Source: Methanobacteriota archaeon (GTDB lineage: Archaea > Thermoplasmatota > Poseidoniia > Poseidoniales > Thalassarchaeaceae). From it: a stretch of 64,000 nt of DNA. The notes under the pieces were generated by a model, which saw nothing but the letters and a program-made list of their open reading frames with translations, was not told where the DNA came from and did not search any database. The translations under genes and the position numbers were made by a program. The stretch covers positions 145 to 64,144 of the forward strand of contig PAOZ01000011.1 of the NCBI GenBank assembly GCA_002708695.1, in the 5' to 3' direction. Positions 7,922-18,504 of the stretch are shown piece by piece; within the stretch, counting starts at the first letter, position 1; every line of letters begins with the position of its first letter.

Positions 7922-9883
7922 TTAATTTAGCAGATGAGGGGGCCAATTTCTACTCCCCAATCCATCTTCTTCAGCATATTTTCTAACTCTTTGAATGGTT
8001 TCTGAATCGTGCAATGTTACTGCAGGCCATCTTCTTATTGGGTGTGAACCATTCATTGAAGGAATTGGAACGGTGGCATCCCAAGCAACTCGGCTTTTTC
8101 CTACATCGAATCTAAGCCCCCTATCTACATCAAACCTCGCAAATAATTGCCAAAGCAACCTCCTTCTTGCTTTTGGGCCATGCAAATCTAAATCATCATC
8201 AGTAATGAAAAGCCATCGAAGTGTTTTTGAATTTTGCAATTGCCAAATTGAATTTATCAATTGGGAAATTTTAATCTCTTTTTCTTTAGCAAGTTCTTCA
8301 TTTAATCCAAACATTCCTTTTCTAGGATCCGGCTTCCCTTCAATGGAAGTAGTTACTACAAGCATACTTGGTCGAAGTAATCTGGCATCAGCCACATCGT
8401 TCAAATCAAGAACTGATTGAAGAAAACCATCAGGAACTCCAGGTGGTTTCCCTTTTCCTTTCCTCCAACTAGGTGCACTTCGCTTAGGAGATCCTTCAGG
8501 GCCTTCTGAATCACTGCGAGGATCAGCATTAGGAATTGTTGTGGCATCTATTAGAATCTTAGATTGAACATTTTCATATGATGTTGCTGGGTCTAATGAA
8601 TCTCCAACCATTCCTTCGATTACGATGATATCTTCTCGAGGGTCTACTTTGTCATTTAGTGCATCCAAAAATAATTCTAAATCATCAGGATTTTGATTAG
8701 AATCAACTGCAACGATTGTTTTGAGAAACATCATCTGTCCTGCACCAAATAATCCCAGAGCCGTTTTTCTCGCTTGCCTAGGATATCTTTGCTTTGATGA
8801 GACAATGGCCAAATTATGAAATCCCGTTTCCATTGGTAAATGGACTCCCATTACATCTCTATGTTGAAATTTTAATACAGGGCTGAATTGTTTTCCAATA
8901 GCCTCACCCAAAAAACCATCTTCCATTGGTGGAAGTCCTACAATAGTTGCAGGCAACATAGCATCCTTTCTATGAGTAATAGCTGTGACTTTGAGTACAG
9001 GATATTGGCCGGTTAGTGAATAAAATCCAAAATGATCTCCGAACGGTCCTTCGGTTTTTGTTTCTCCTGGAACAACATATCCTTCAATGATAATATCCGC
9101 ATCTGCGGGAACCCAGATATCTTGAGTTAGAGCCTTTACAATTCTAAGGCGCCTCCGTCCTAAGAAACCAGCAAACATGTATTCCTCTAAATTGTCTGGA
9201 AGAGGAGAAATCGCAGAAAATATTAGTTCAGGCGGTCCACCTATACAAACAGCAACTGGCATTTTCCCATCTTTGTATAGAGAAGCATGATCTGCACCAT
9301 GTTTGTGTATTTGCCAATGTAAACCCAATTCTTTCTTCCCATATACTTGCCCCCTATACATCCCAAGATTATGTTCTTCAGTTTCTGGGTCTTTGGTCAC
9401 AACTAATGGTAATGTAATGTAATGGCCTCCGTCCATTGGCCATGTTTTTGGAATAGGTAAACGAGTTAAATCTACTCCATCCATTGCAATTTCTTGACAT
9501 TTGGCTCTTCTGACTTTTTTTGGAGGTAATGCCATTGCATCTCTTGCTAGTGGCAATCCTTTCCAAGGCTTTGAAACGAAAGTCCCAATGTCTGGTTTCA
9601 TTAGAGAGACCAAACGTTCTCCTATTTCTGCTTCATTATTTGCTTGTAATGCACGTAATGTTCTTTCTTTTGTTCCAAACATATTCATTACAAGTGGGAT
9701 TTCAGAAATTGAACCGTCGGCTAATTCAGGTTTTTCAAAAATAACAGTAGGGCCGCCAGTTTTTACCAAAAGGTCTGCGATGCATCCTGCTTCCAATTCT
9801 ACGCGTACAGGACGTTCTATTCTTAGAATCTCTCCATCTTTCTCTAAAGCACGCAGATAACGCCCCAGAGTCCTCCACGCCAT
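7922..9883 (-). CDS. UbiD-family (de)carboxylase with extra C-terminal-half sequence
   Basis: 653 aa, versus about 490 as I recall for UbiD. Family motifs include TEGPFGDHFGFYS and HWQIHKHGA. A basic/Pro-rich insert is present (SDSEGPEGSPKRSAPSWRKGKGKPPGVP). Confidence 0.85.
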   Translation of the reverse strand: MAWRTLGRYLRALEKDGEILRIERPVRVELEAGCIADLLVKTGGPTVIFEKPELADGSISEIPLVMNMFGTKERTLRALQANNEAEIGERLVSLMKPDIGTFVSKPWKGLPLARDAMALPPKKVRRAKCQEIAMDGVDLTRLPIPKTWPMDGGHYITLPLVVTKDPETEEHNLGMYRGQVYGKKELGLHWQIHKHGADHASLYKDGKMPVAVCIGGPPELIFSAISPLPDNLEEYMFAGFLGRRRLRIVKALTQDIWVPADADIIIEGYVVPGETKTEGPFGDHFGFYSLTGQYPVLKVTAITHRKDAMLPATIVGLPPMEDGFLGEAIGKQFSPVLKFQHRDVMGVHLPMETGFHNLAIVSSKQRYPRQARKTALGLFGAGQMMFLKTIVAVDSNQNPDDLELFLDALNDKVDPREDIIVIEGMVGDSLDPATSYENVQSKILIDATTIPNADPRSDSEGPEGSPKRSAPSWRKGKGKPPGVPDGFLQSVLDLNDVADARLLRPSMLVVTTSIEGKPDPRKGMFGLNEELAKEKEIKISQLINSIWQLQNSKTLRWLFITDDDLDLHGPKARRRLLWQLFARFDVDRGLRFDVGKSRVAWDATVPIPSMNGSHPIRRWPAVTLHDSETIQRVRKYAEEDGLGSRNWPPHLLN

Positions 9884-9966
9884 GGTGCTCCGTTTGTGTC
9901 AATACATGAATACATTTGGTTTATTCTAATCGACTAATTGATGCACTGGTTTTCTTTCGAGGAGGT

Positions 9967-11196
9967 ATGGGCGCAATATGCGATGTACTTGTTGTAGGTG
10001 CGGGTCCAGGAGGTGGCTCCGCTGCTTTACATGCTGCAAGATTGGGTTTAGATGTGATTGTAATTGAAGATCATAAGGAAATCGGAACACCAGTTCATTG
10101 TGGGGAATGTATTTCAGACATCGCTCTTTCAAATCTTGATTTGAATTTGCCAGATCAAGTGATTAGTAAGCGTGTACACGGGATTCGAGTCATTTTCCCT
10201 GATGGAACACAAAAACGACTGACTGAACATGGATACGTCTTGGAAAAACATCTTTTTGAGCAATGGTTAGTAGAACAGTCCGTTGATTTAGGTGCAAGGT
10301 TATTTCTTGGTCATAAATTAAAATCAATGGAACGCATTGAAGAAAATGGAAAATTTATGGGACATTATTGTGAAGGAAAGGGAGACAATTTCCCTATAAA
10401 TGCGAAAATTGTAATTGATGCATCTGGAGTGACGGGCGTTTGTTCTAAGATTTTAGAATTAAATCAACGACCGAAAGTAATTGCTGGAATGCAATATGAG
10501 ATGCTGCAAGTTCCAACAGATGATTATCTCGATTTTTATATTTGGCCTCAGTATGCTGAAAAAGGTTATTTATGGATGATTCCAAAAAGTGATGGACGTG
10601 CTAATGTTGGATTAGTAACCGAAAACAAGAGTCGAATTGTAAAAGAATTAGATCGTTTTATTGAAGACACAGATGAATTTCGTGATTTAGAAATTGTAAA
10701 TCCTAATTGGAAAGACGATGGTCGAAAAATTAGTGGTTTTGGAGGGGCAATCCCTATTTCTGGCCCTCATGAAACAACACATTCAGATGGAATTTTATTG
10801 ATTGGAGACGCTGCAGGATTTACTTCTCCTTTGTTTGAGGGAGGCTCCCATCTGGCGTTGAAATCAGCCCAATTTGCTGCAATTACGGCTGCCGATGCTA
10901 TTTTGAAGGATGATGTTACAGCTAATTCTTTAGCAAAATATTCTGAAAGATGGAAGTCAGAATTCCCTCCTTATCATAAAATTTTGAGAGGTAAAAGCGC
11001 TCTTTATTCTCTTTCAGATCAAGATATGTCTGTAATGGGGCGTTGTTTTCCTGATGAAATGTCAGATATGGGGATTTCAGGAAAGGCAATGGTTGCAATT
11101 CGATTATTAGTTCGACGTCCAAGTCTATATTTTAGAAGAATCATTCCTGCTATGCTTGCATTTGGATATAGTCGAGCCAAGTACTATGGTTGGTAA
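9967..11196 (+). CDS. Geranylgeranyl reductase family FAD-dependent oxidoreductase
   Basis: DVLVVGAGPGGGSAA dinucleotide-binding motif, GDAAGFTSPLFEGG, and length and architecture typical of archaeal GGR. The track ORF starts at a TTG (9916); the ATG at 9967 (MGAICDV) is more likely. Confidence 0.8.
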   Translation: MGAICDVLVVGAGPGGGSAALHAARLGLDVIVIEDHKEIGTPVHCGECISDIALSNLDLNLPDQVISKRVHGIRVIFPDGTQKRLTEHGYVLEKHLFEQWLVEQSVDLGARLFLGHKLKSMERIEENGKFMGHYCEGKGDNFPINAKIVIDASGVTGVCSKILELNQRPKVIAGMQYEMLQVPTDDYLDFYIWPQYAEKGYLWMIPKSDGRANVGLVTENKSRIVKELDRFIEDTDEFRDLEIVNPNWKDDGRKISGFGGAIPISGPHETTHSDGILLIGDAAGFTSPLFEGGSHLALKSAQFAAITAADAILKDDVTANSLAKYSERWKSEFPPYHKILRGKSALYSLSDQDMSVMGRCFPDEMSDMGISGKAMVAIRLLVRRPSLYFRRIIPAMLAFGYSRAKYYGW

Positions 11197-11251
11197 CCAT
11201 AGAGCCGATGCTCTATTGAGCGGGTAGCATCGGTCACCATTCGGGATAGGT

Positions 11252-13603
11252 ATGTGGCTTGACCTAATTCTTCTTGGTCTTCCGTCATTTATGACGCTAC
11301 TTGCGTTTCGCCATACTATACTTTTTCGAACACCTCATCCCCAAGAATTTACAATTCTTGGATTGCAAGCTTTACCTTTTTTATTCTTGATTATTGCATT
11401 TATTGTTGATTTTGATTTATTGAGAACTGTTAGGATAAATGGATCATATGATCTTCCCATTCATTATCGTGTTTCTGCAGTGTGGGCAGGTAGAGCGGGA
11501 CCTTTGTTGCTTTGGATTGCTTGGTTGTCAGCTGCAAGATTATGGTGGCGTTATATTTCAGACAAAGACAAAGAAAAGAAGAGAATTGGTTCAGGAGGAA
11601 TACTACATTTACTGACATTTTGTCTATTTTTCCTTGCTTTTTTGCTTGAACCTTTTGCTTTGGATAATTCTCCTCCAAGATCTGAACTAAATGTATTTCT
11701 TCAGACTGACTTAATGGTTATTCATCCTCCGATAGTATTTGCATTCTATGCACTTTGTCTTGCAGTATCTGCTTTAGCAATGGAAGGAATATTGAATGAA
11801 AATTCACCCTTTGAAATTCATCAAGAAGTATTACCCTTGGCTCGAGCTGCATTTTTTGCAGGAACCTTGGGAATAGGTTTAGGAGGATTATGGGCATATA
11901 CCGTTTTGGATTGGGGAGGTTATTGGGCTTGGGATCCAGTTGAAACAGCCTCATTATTACCTTGGCTTTCCTTATTGTTGTTAATTCACGTTCGAATGTC
12001 TCCAAAAGTAAAGAATAGAAATTCAGCCTTAATTTGGTCTCCCGCATTAGCATTATTGACAGGTGCATTGGCACTTCACTCTACTTTAGTTACTAGAGCA
12101 AATGGAGTATGGGCCTCAGTCCATGCCTTCGTTGCTTCTCAAGATAGCGAGTCTGTAACGAATGATGCTTACATTAGAGTACTTTCATTGTGGGATTCTG
12201 GTGTCGAAGGAATAGAAGTATTAATCCAATTCTTTGGTATGATAATTTTGATTTCAATCGCAACATTTTGGTTAGGGCGACATCGTTCATCCCAAGTATT
12301 GGTTTCAGGCCAAGAAATATTGTTAACAGCCAGACCAATTTTGGCGTTTGCAATCTTTATTGGAGAATTTGCTATTTTGTTTTATTCACAATCATTATCT
12401 GTTGGAATTCTTTTGATTCCCGTGGTTTTCTTGATGTTGCATGATAGAAATCAGTCAGTCTTATGGCCGGCGGTAGGAGTTGTAGTCCTTCTATTTTCAA
12501 GGTGGTCATGGCATTTAGATTCAATAGAAGCAGGTATTGGAATGCTTTTGTTGCTTCTTCCTTGGCTATTAGCTCCCGAAGAAGAATCTAATTTCAATAC
12601 ACCTTCATTATCCTATTTTTCATTACATGTTCCATTAGTTGGAGGGGGCTCGTTTCTAGTATTAACATGGCTTTTGTTATTGGCAGAAATTGATGGCTCA
12701 TCGCCTGAAGCGCATGAAGCATTTGGATCTATACTAATTGCAATATTAGCATCAGCATTGCTAATTTATTCACTTAGACGAGGATCAAAAGTTCATCGAC
12801 GGACAATTCTAATTTTAGGATTAATTTTATCCCTTTGGGCATCATTGTTTGGTCTTGATTTCTTGCCTTTACCTGGAAATGCTGATCAATTACTCACACA
12901 ATCAATTAACAGAGGCCACATTAGTCGATTTTTGTTAGTTTGGTTAATTATTACAACTCCTCCTTCGATTGCAGATTTGATTTCAACGATTAGAGAGACA
13001 ACTCGAGTAAAAAAGAGAAATTCAAGTTTACGAGTTTTGGGTTCACATTTTGCTCACGCGGGTATTCTAATTTTATTAGTTGGACATGTATTGACTACCA
13101 CTCTAGTTGATCGTGTTGATCCATCTCATCAAATAACTCTGATCAGAGATGAACAAATACGCCATGGAGACTTTCTATTTGAAATGACAGAAATTACTAC
13201 ATTAAGTTCAGAAGATTCAGAATTTAGTGAGAGATTTTCCATTGCTGATGGTTTTTTTGGGATTCAAATTAATGTTTACGATACTAATGGCGAATTCATT
13301 TCTTCAGTAGAACCAGGTGTATTGAGATTTGATTCTGCAGATGGGATGATTCGACCAAGGTCAGAAGTTGATCGCCTAGTTGATTGGAAGGGAGATACGA
13401 TTCTAATTCTTGATTTAACCCAGATGAATCAAATAATGACTCACGCAATGTTAGGTGAATTAGATGATGTAGATCGAGTTCGTCTAACGGTTTATGATTT
13501 ACCAGGGAGTCATTTAGTTTGGATTGGTTGGACTATGATAATGTTTGGATCTATTCTTTCTTTGAAACAAATTCGAAAAATTGAATCTGATGAATCTGAG
13601 TAA
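11252..13603 (+). CDS. ccmF: CcmF-like cytochrome c haem lyase / cytochrome c assembly family membrane protein
   Basis: 783 aa and polytopic. The Trp-rich haem-handling motif LWAYTVLDWGGYWAWDPVETASLLPWL closely matches the CcmF WGGWWFWDPVEN motif. Confidence 0.75.
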   Translation: MWLDLILLGLPSFMTLLAFRHTILFRTPHPQEFTILGLQALPFLFLIIAFIVDFDLLRTVRINGSYDLPIHYRVSAVWAGRAGPLLLWIAWLSAARLWWRYISDKDKEKKRIGSGGILHLLTFCLFFLAFLLEPFALDNSPPRSELNVFLQTDLMVIHPPIVFAFYALCLAVSALAMEGILNENSPFEIHQEVLPLARAAFFAGTLGIGLGGLWAYTVLDWGGYWAWDPVETASLLPWLSLLLLIHVRMSPKVKNRNSALIWSPALALLTGALALHSTLVTRANGVWASVHAFVASQDSESVTNDAYIRVLSLWDSGVEGIEVLIQFFGMIILISIATFWLGRHRSSQVLVSGQEILLTARPILAFAIFIGEFAILFYSQSLSVGILLIPVVFLMLHDRNQSVLWPAVGVVVLLFSRWSWHLDSIEAGIGMLLLLLPWLLAPEEESNFNTPSLSYFSLHVPLVGGGSFLVLTWLLLLAEIDGSSPEAHEAFGSILIAILASALLIYSLRRGSKVHRRTILILGLILSLWASLFGLDFLPLPGNADQLLTQSINRGHISRFLLVWLIITTPPSIADLISTIRETTRVKKRNSSLRVLGSHFAHAGILILLVGHVLTTTLVDRVDPSHQITLIRDEQIRHGDFLFEMTEITTLSSEDSEFSERFSIADGFFGIQINVYDTNGEFISSVEPGVLRFDSADGMIRPRSEVDRLVDWKGDTILILDLTQMNQIMTHAMLGELDDVDRVRLTVYDLPGSHLVWIGWTMIMFGSILSLKQIRKIESDESE

Positions 13604-13673
13604 TTTTTCTGATTGAACTAAGGACCACTCTCATAAGGGGGCAGTAGGTCGCGCGGTTGTCCTTAAGGAGGTA

Positions 13674-14507
13674 ATGTGTATGGAGAGCGGTTCCATTGTC
13701 CACATTGATTATGACTTGTATAATGCAGATTCAGGAGATCTTATCGAAACTACTAGAGAGGCTGTAGCCCAAGAACACGATAGACATGAAGCCAATCGAA
13801 CTTATTCTCCGTTGGTTACTGTTATTGGTGATGGACGGCTAATTAAGGGATTTGAATCTCATCTTGAAGAAGCTAAAATTGATACAGAATATGAGTTTGA
13901 TATACCTCCCGCGGATGCTTATGGAGAGCGTGATGCAAGTGCCGTTGAAGTTATGAGTCTACAACAACTTTCTCGTTCCGTTCGAGATCCAGATAATTTA
14001 CAGATTGGTGGAATGGTTGAGATTGGAGGAAGAAATGGGATTCTCAAATCGTTCCGTTCTGGTCGTGCGAGTATTGATTTTAATCATGCCTTAGCGGGAG
14101 TTACTTTGCGCTACAAATATAAGATAATCAAAGAAGTCACCGATCGTTCAGAAAAGGTTACTACATTGTTGGAAACCAATACTGGAAGAGATGGTTTCGA
14201 ATGTTCGTTTGACGGCGATGACCTAACAATTACATTGCCGGAGTATGTTTCATACGATCAAAATTGGGCATACACTAAGTTTGGTTTAATTCGTACATTA
14301 AGAGATCATGTAGGTGTTCAAACAATCATTTTCAGAGAAGTTCATGCTCCGATGGTTGCTGATGAAAGTGATAGTGATATAGATTTCTCATCTCTTTCAG
14401 TTGCTGAGTTGAAAGAACTTTGCAAAGCAGCTGGCCTCCCAGTAGGAGGAAAGAAGGCTGATTTGATTGCTAGGTTATCTGAATCATCTTCCAATGAAGA
14501 AGAATGA
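13674..14507 (+). CDS. FKBP-type peptidyl-prolyl isomerase (SlyD-like, long archaeal type) with C-terminal SAP motif
   Basis: N-terminus VHIDYDLYNADSGDLIETT...GDGRLIKGFESHL...IDFNHALAG is FKBP-like. The C-terminus LSVAELKELCKAAGLPVGGKKADLIARL fits the SAP helix-extended-helix motif. AAGGAGG lies upstream of the ATG. Confidence 0.8.
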   Translation: MCMESGSIVHIDYDLYNADSGDLIETTREAVAQEHDRHEANRTYSPLVTVIGDGRLIKGFESHLEEAKIDTEYEFDIPPADAYGERDASAVEVMSLQQLSRSVRDPDNLQIGGMVEIGGRNGILKSFRSGRASIDFNHALAGVTLRYKYKIIKEVTDRSEKVTTLLETNTGRDGFECSFDGDDLTITLPEYVSYDQNWAYTKFGLIRTLRDHVGVQTIIFREVHAPMVADESDSDIDFSSLSVAELKELCKAAGLPVGGKKADLIARLSESSSNEEE

Positions 14508-15969
14508 TTTTTCTGAGCGGAATAGTCATCACCTGAATACGGGTCGCGTGTTTGTGAGCCCAATACGTTCTACTCCTGTTTTGGAAGATCAAGATTTTTC
14601 ATGGTGGGAGAGACTATCGATTTCTGCCCTCGGATTGATAATTTGTTTAGTTGGTTTAGCTCTACTTTCCGAAACATTGAGTCCTGGAAACTTTTTGGAT
14701 ACTATATTTCAAGAAAAATTTCTGGATCCAATTAGAGCTGAAAGTTCATCTGACGGTTCCTATAATCAAATAAACACACTGTCTTACAATTTTACTCTTA
14801 TTTTATCTGTAATTTCTATTGCAGCTATATTGAGAAAATTAGGTATTGCAGCTTCTGAATGCACAATTTTTGCCTTACTTCCTTGGGTGATTTGGGCTTC
14901 ATTAGGTGAAGTTGTAGAGGATGCATCACTTTTTGGGCCTTCACTCGAAGCATGGTTTGTATCTCCTGGAATTCATTTCCAAGGAGCAATATGGGTGGTT
15001 TTTTCTGGTTTTATCGCTTCACTGGCTGCAAAATCGGGTAATTCTTCGGATGATCGAATTTGGGTTACTGGAGCAGCCATTGCGTTGATTACATTTCAAA
15101 CAATTCTTTTTCTCACATCTTTGCAAGAAGGAAGAATCGGAACTCCAATGGAAAACCATCTCAATCTATGGCCTGTTGCAATTTTTGGAATAATTGGAAT
15201 CTTTGTTGTAATCCTATTTCATCCATTGATGGAAAAATGGTCTTCTATTGAACAAGGTATTTTCCAAGTTGGTATTGGTGGTTGTATAGTTTTGTATGGT
15301 TGCCTCCATTCTTACATTCAAATGATGTTAAAATTGTTTGAAAGTGGACAGATTTCTACCCTTATCATGATAGATAAATCTTCACTTTTGCGAACCGAGC
15401 ACGGCATATATGTCTTGATTGATGGCACATATGTCTTCGATGCCTTCCACCCTGAAGCCCTATTTTGGACGTTAGTTGTTCCAGCATTGGTTCTTATTCC
15501 TGTGTATTTATTTGTAGGACGTCCTAACTTACAGAAATTGAGAAATTGTAAAATCTCTGTTCCTGGTTTACTCCCAGATGGTATTTCGTTATCCGATTAT
15601 GAGAAAGAAAGAACACAATTCCACGATAATATGGAATCATTAACTTGGAAGGCAATTCTTGCTTCGCCAATTGTTCTTATTGCAATGTATGGGCAAGCGG
15701 TTGATGGGATTGCTACTGGAATTGGTTTAGTCGAGTATGGATATCAAGAGAAACATGTTTTGTCTAGTGCCGTGATTGAATTTTTTGGAACAGCCTATGG
15801 TTTCACCGTTCTGAAGTGTTTTATTGGCATGGTTGTTTGGTGGTTTTATGCTCTTCAGAGATGGGAATATAGGTATCGACATCTTCGAATTTTAATGGCC
15901 TTAGCCTTGATGACTGTGGGTTTAGCACCCGGATTAAGAGATGTTTGGAGAATGGCCCTAGGAGTCTAA
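14494..15969 (+). CDS. Polytopic membrane protein, unknown function (possibly DUF63-like C-terminal part)
   Basis: About 10 hydrophobic segments. [22 protein letters not shown] weakly recalls DUF63. Start uncertain: TTG at 14467 in the track, ATG at 14494 overlapping the FKBP stop. Confidence 0.6.
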   Translation: MKKNDFSERNSHHLNTGRVFVSPIRSTPVLEDQDFSWWERLSISALGLIICLVGLALLSETLSPGNFLDTIFQEKFLDPIRAESSSDGSYNQINTLSYNFTLILSVISIAAILRKLGIAASECTIFALLPWVIWASLGEVVEDASLFGPSLEAWFVSPGIHFQGAIWVVFSGFIASLAAKSGNSSDDRIWVTGAAIALITFQTILFLTSLQEGRIGTPMENHLNLWPVAIFGIIGIFVVILFHPLMEKWSSIEQGIFQVGIGGCIVLYGCLHSYIQMMLKLFESGQISTLIMIDKSSLLRTEHGIYVLIDGTYVFDAFHPEALFWTLVVPALVLIPVYLFVGRPNLQKLRNCKISVPGLLPDGISLSDYEKERTQFHDNMESLTWKAILASPIVLIAMYGQAVDGIATGIGLVEYGYQEKHVLSSAVIEFFGTAYGFTVLKCFIGMVVWWFYALQRWEYRYRHLRILMALALMTVGLAPGLRDVWRMALGV

Positions 15970-16018
15970 TCTCCCGCTTCATTCAAGGACGGTATCCTCC
16001 TCGATAGGTCCGAGTCTC

Positions 16019-17629
16019 ATGGATGTCCTCCCTACTAGGGTCAATCGGTCAGATCCAATTTTTAATGATCGTATCGCACATAATAATGACTTAATCAATA
16101 CCTTGAGGGAAGAATTGGAAAGAGTGAAACTAGGTGGAGGTTCGAAATATGTCGAACGTCATCGAAGTCGTGGAAAGGCATTGCCTCGTGAGAGAATTCA
16201 ATCTATTTGCGACCCAAGTACTGCTTTCTTAGAAATGTCACCATTAGCAGCACATGGATTGTATGATGGTAAAGCCTCCTCTGCTGGAATTGTGACAGGC
16301 ATAGGAATCGTGCATGGTAGAGAATGTATGTTTGTAGCGAATGATGCGACAGTAAAAGGAGGGTCTTACTATCCAATGACAGTAAAGAAACACATCCGCG
16401 CTCAGGAAATAGCCGAAGAGAACAATATTCCTTGTATTTATCTCGTTGACAGTGGAGGAGCATTTCTTCCAATGCAGGACGAGGTATTCCCTGACAAAGG
16501 ACACTTTGGTCGAATTTTTAGGAATCAGGCCATTATGTCTGGAAAAGGCATTCCCCAGATTGCGGCAGTTTGTGGTTCTTGCACTGCAGGTGGCGCCTAT
16601 GTTCCTGCTATGTCTGACGAGTCAATTATTGTAAAAGGAAATGGAACTATATTTCTCGCAGGACCTCCTCTTGTCAAAGCAGCTACTGGAGAAGAAGTCA
16701 GTGCTGAAGAGTTGGGAGGAGCAGATGTTCACACACGACAATCTGGAGTCGCAGATCATTTCGCAGAAGATGAACCTGAAGCACTACGTATGGTGAGAAA
16801 TATTGTTGAGAACCTCAATACCAATCCTAAAACTCGCTTAGAAGTTTCAGACCCTGAACCTCCTCGTCATGATGTTGAAGATCTTTTAGGAATTATTCCA
16901 GAAGATAATAGAACAGCCTTTGATGTAAGGGAAGTAATTTCTAGAATAGTAGACGGTTCTAGGTTTCATGAATTTAAACCACGTTATGGCACCTCATTAG
17001 TATGTGGTTTTGCACGTATTCATGGGTATCCAGTTGGAATAGTAGCAAATAATGGAATTTTGTTTTCTGAGTCCTCATTGAAAGGAGCCCATTTTGTCGA
17101 GTTATGTGGTCAACGTGGCATTCCTTTGGTATTTCTTCAGAATATTACTGGTTTCATGGTAGGTAAAGACTACGAGGCAGGAGGGATTGCAAAAGATGGA
17201 GCGAAGTTAGTTACTGCAGTTTCATGTGTTCCTGTGCCTAAATTTACGATAATTATTGGTGGCTCACATGGTGCGGGAAATTATGGAATGTGTGGTAGAG
17301 CATATGACCCTCGTTTCTTGTTTATGTGGCCTAATGCCAGAATTTCAGTGATGGGGGGCCCTCAGGCAGCCCAAGTTCTTTCCACAGTGAAGCAAGATCA
17401 AAGAATTAGAGAAGGACTCGATCCAATGGATGAAGATGAAATAAAACAATTTCAAGAGCCAACTTTGCAAAAGTATGAGACTGAAGGCAGTCCGTATTAC
17501 TCTACGGCTAGATTATGGGATGATGGTATAATCGATCCTAGAGATACTAGAGATATTCTGGGCCTTTGTATTAGTTCAAGCCTGAATGCATCTATGCCAG
17601 AAACAAATTATGGAATTTTTAGAATGTGA
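16019..17629 (+). CDS. 3-methylcrotonyl-CoA carboxylase beta (carboxyltransferase) subunit
   Basis: 536 aa. Long stretches match MCCC2-type sequence as I recall it: [85 protein letters not shown]. Confidence 0.9.
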   Translation: MDVLPTRVNRSDPIFNDRIAHNNDLINTLREELERVKLGGGSKYVERHRSRGKALPRERIQSICDPSTAFLEMSPLAAHGLYDGKASSAGIVTGIGIVHGRECMFVANDATVKGGSYYPMTVKKHIRAQEIAEENNIPCIYLVDSGGAFLPMQDEVFPDKGHFGRIFRNQAIMSGKGIPQIAAVCGSCTAGGAYVPAMSDESIIVKGNGTIFLAGPPLVKAATGEEVSAEELGGADVHTRQSGVADHFAEDEPEALRMVRNIVENLNTNPKTRLEVSDPEPPRHDVEDLLGIIPEDNRTAFDVREVISRIVDGSRFHEFKPRYGTSLVCGFARIHGYPVGIVANNGILFSESSLKGAHFVELCGQRGIPLVFLQNITGFMVGKDYEAGGIAKDGAKLVTAVSCVPVPKFTIIIGGSHGAGNYGMCGRAYDPRFLFMWPNARISVMGGPQAAQVLSTVKQDQRIREGLDPMDEDEIKQFQEPTLQKYETEGSPYYSTARLWDDGIIDPRDTRDILGLCISSSLNASMPETNYGIFRM

Positions 17630-17633
17630 TATT

Positions 17634-18500
17634 ATGAGTTCTTCAACACAATCTTTGCCTAAAACTGAATTATGTACCTTAGTAATAGATGGTTCAGTAG
17701 CAAGAATTAGACTTACGAGGCCCGATGTCTTCAACGCTCTAAATGTCAAATTGATTTCTGAATTAATTGAATTATTTAGTTGGACATCTAGTAAATCGGT
17801 ATTTTCCTCAGGCAAATTGAAGGATTCAGATGGAAATGAAAATCTTAGGGTTCTTGTTTTAGAAGGAGAAGGCAGACATTTCTGTGCTGGTGCCGATATC
17901 AATATGATGAAGGAGGGAGGTGCTAAAAGTCCTGAAGAGAATAGGATTGATTCAGAAAGATTGGATATGTTATTCAATTCTCTTTGGTCACATCCTTGTT
18001 TTACTATAGGAGTGGTTCAAGGAGTAGCATTAGGTGGTGGCGCAGGATTAATTGCATGCTTAGACCATGTAATCGTTGAGCCAAAGACCCGTATTGCATT
18101 ATCAGAAGGAAAATTAGGAATTTTGCCAGCAGTGATAGGGCCGTATGTTTACCGTAGAATAGGTAGTGCCCAATTCCGTCGTTTAGCGATGTTAGCTTCT
18201 CGAATTGGTGCAGAAGAATCGTTGAGAATTGGAATGGTTGATCAATTTGAAGAAAGTCCTGAAGCAGCAGCAGCAGCAGTTGAAGGAGTAATTTCAGAAG
18301 TATTGACGACTGGTCCTATGGCTGTTGGAGAAGCTAAGAAATTGGCATTAATTTTTGATAGATGGAAAGATTCTGACCAAGAATTACGGCTTTGGACGTT
18401 GGATAAAACAAGTGAGATGCGGGGTTCTAGAGAAGGACAAGAAGGACTTGCCTCATTTCTTGAGAAGAGATCTGCGGATTGGAAACCAGATTCGGTGTGA
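17634..18500 (+). CDS. Enoyl-CoA hydratase/crotonase family (methylglutaconyl-CoA hydratase-like by context)
   Basis: RLTRPDVFNALN, FCAGADI and GVALGGGAGL crotonase motifs. Sits between the carboxylase subunits. ATG at 17634, just after the upstream stop; the track ORF starts earlier at 17586. Confidence 0.8.
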   Translation: MSSSTQSLPKTELCTLVIDGSVARIRLTRPDVFNALNVKLISELIELFSWTSSKSVFSSGKLKDSDGNENLRVLVLEGEGRHFCAGADINMMKEGGAKSPEENRIDSERLDMLFNSLWSHPCFTIGVVQGVALGGGAGLIACLDHVIVEPKTRIALSEGKLGILPAVIGPYVYRRIGSAQFRRLAMLASRIGAEESLRIGMVDQFEESPEAAAAAVEGVISEVLTTGPMAVGEAKKLALIFDRWKDSDQELRLWTLDKTSEMRGSREGQEGLASFLEKRSADWKPDSV

Positions 18501-18504
18501 TTGA

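Noticed and set aside
7995-8420. Long antisense ORFs inside confident genes: 7995-8420, 17576-17977, 31141-31602, 45143-45625, 56530-57000, 60115-60513, 61450-61872 and others in the track.
   Set aside because: Each is fully embedded opposite a gene with clear family motifs, has S/L/P-rich low-information composition and lacks an upstream Shine-Dalgarno. Treated as shadow ORFs.
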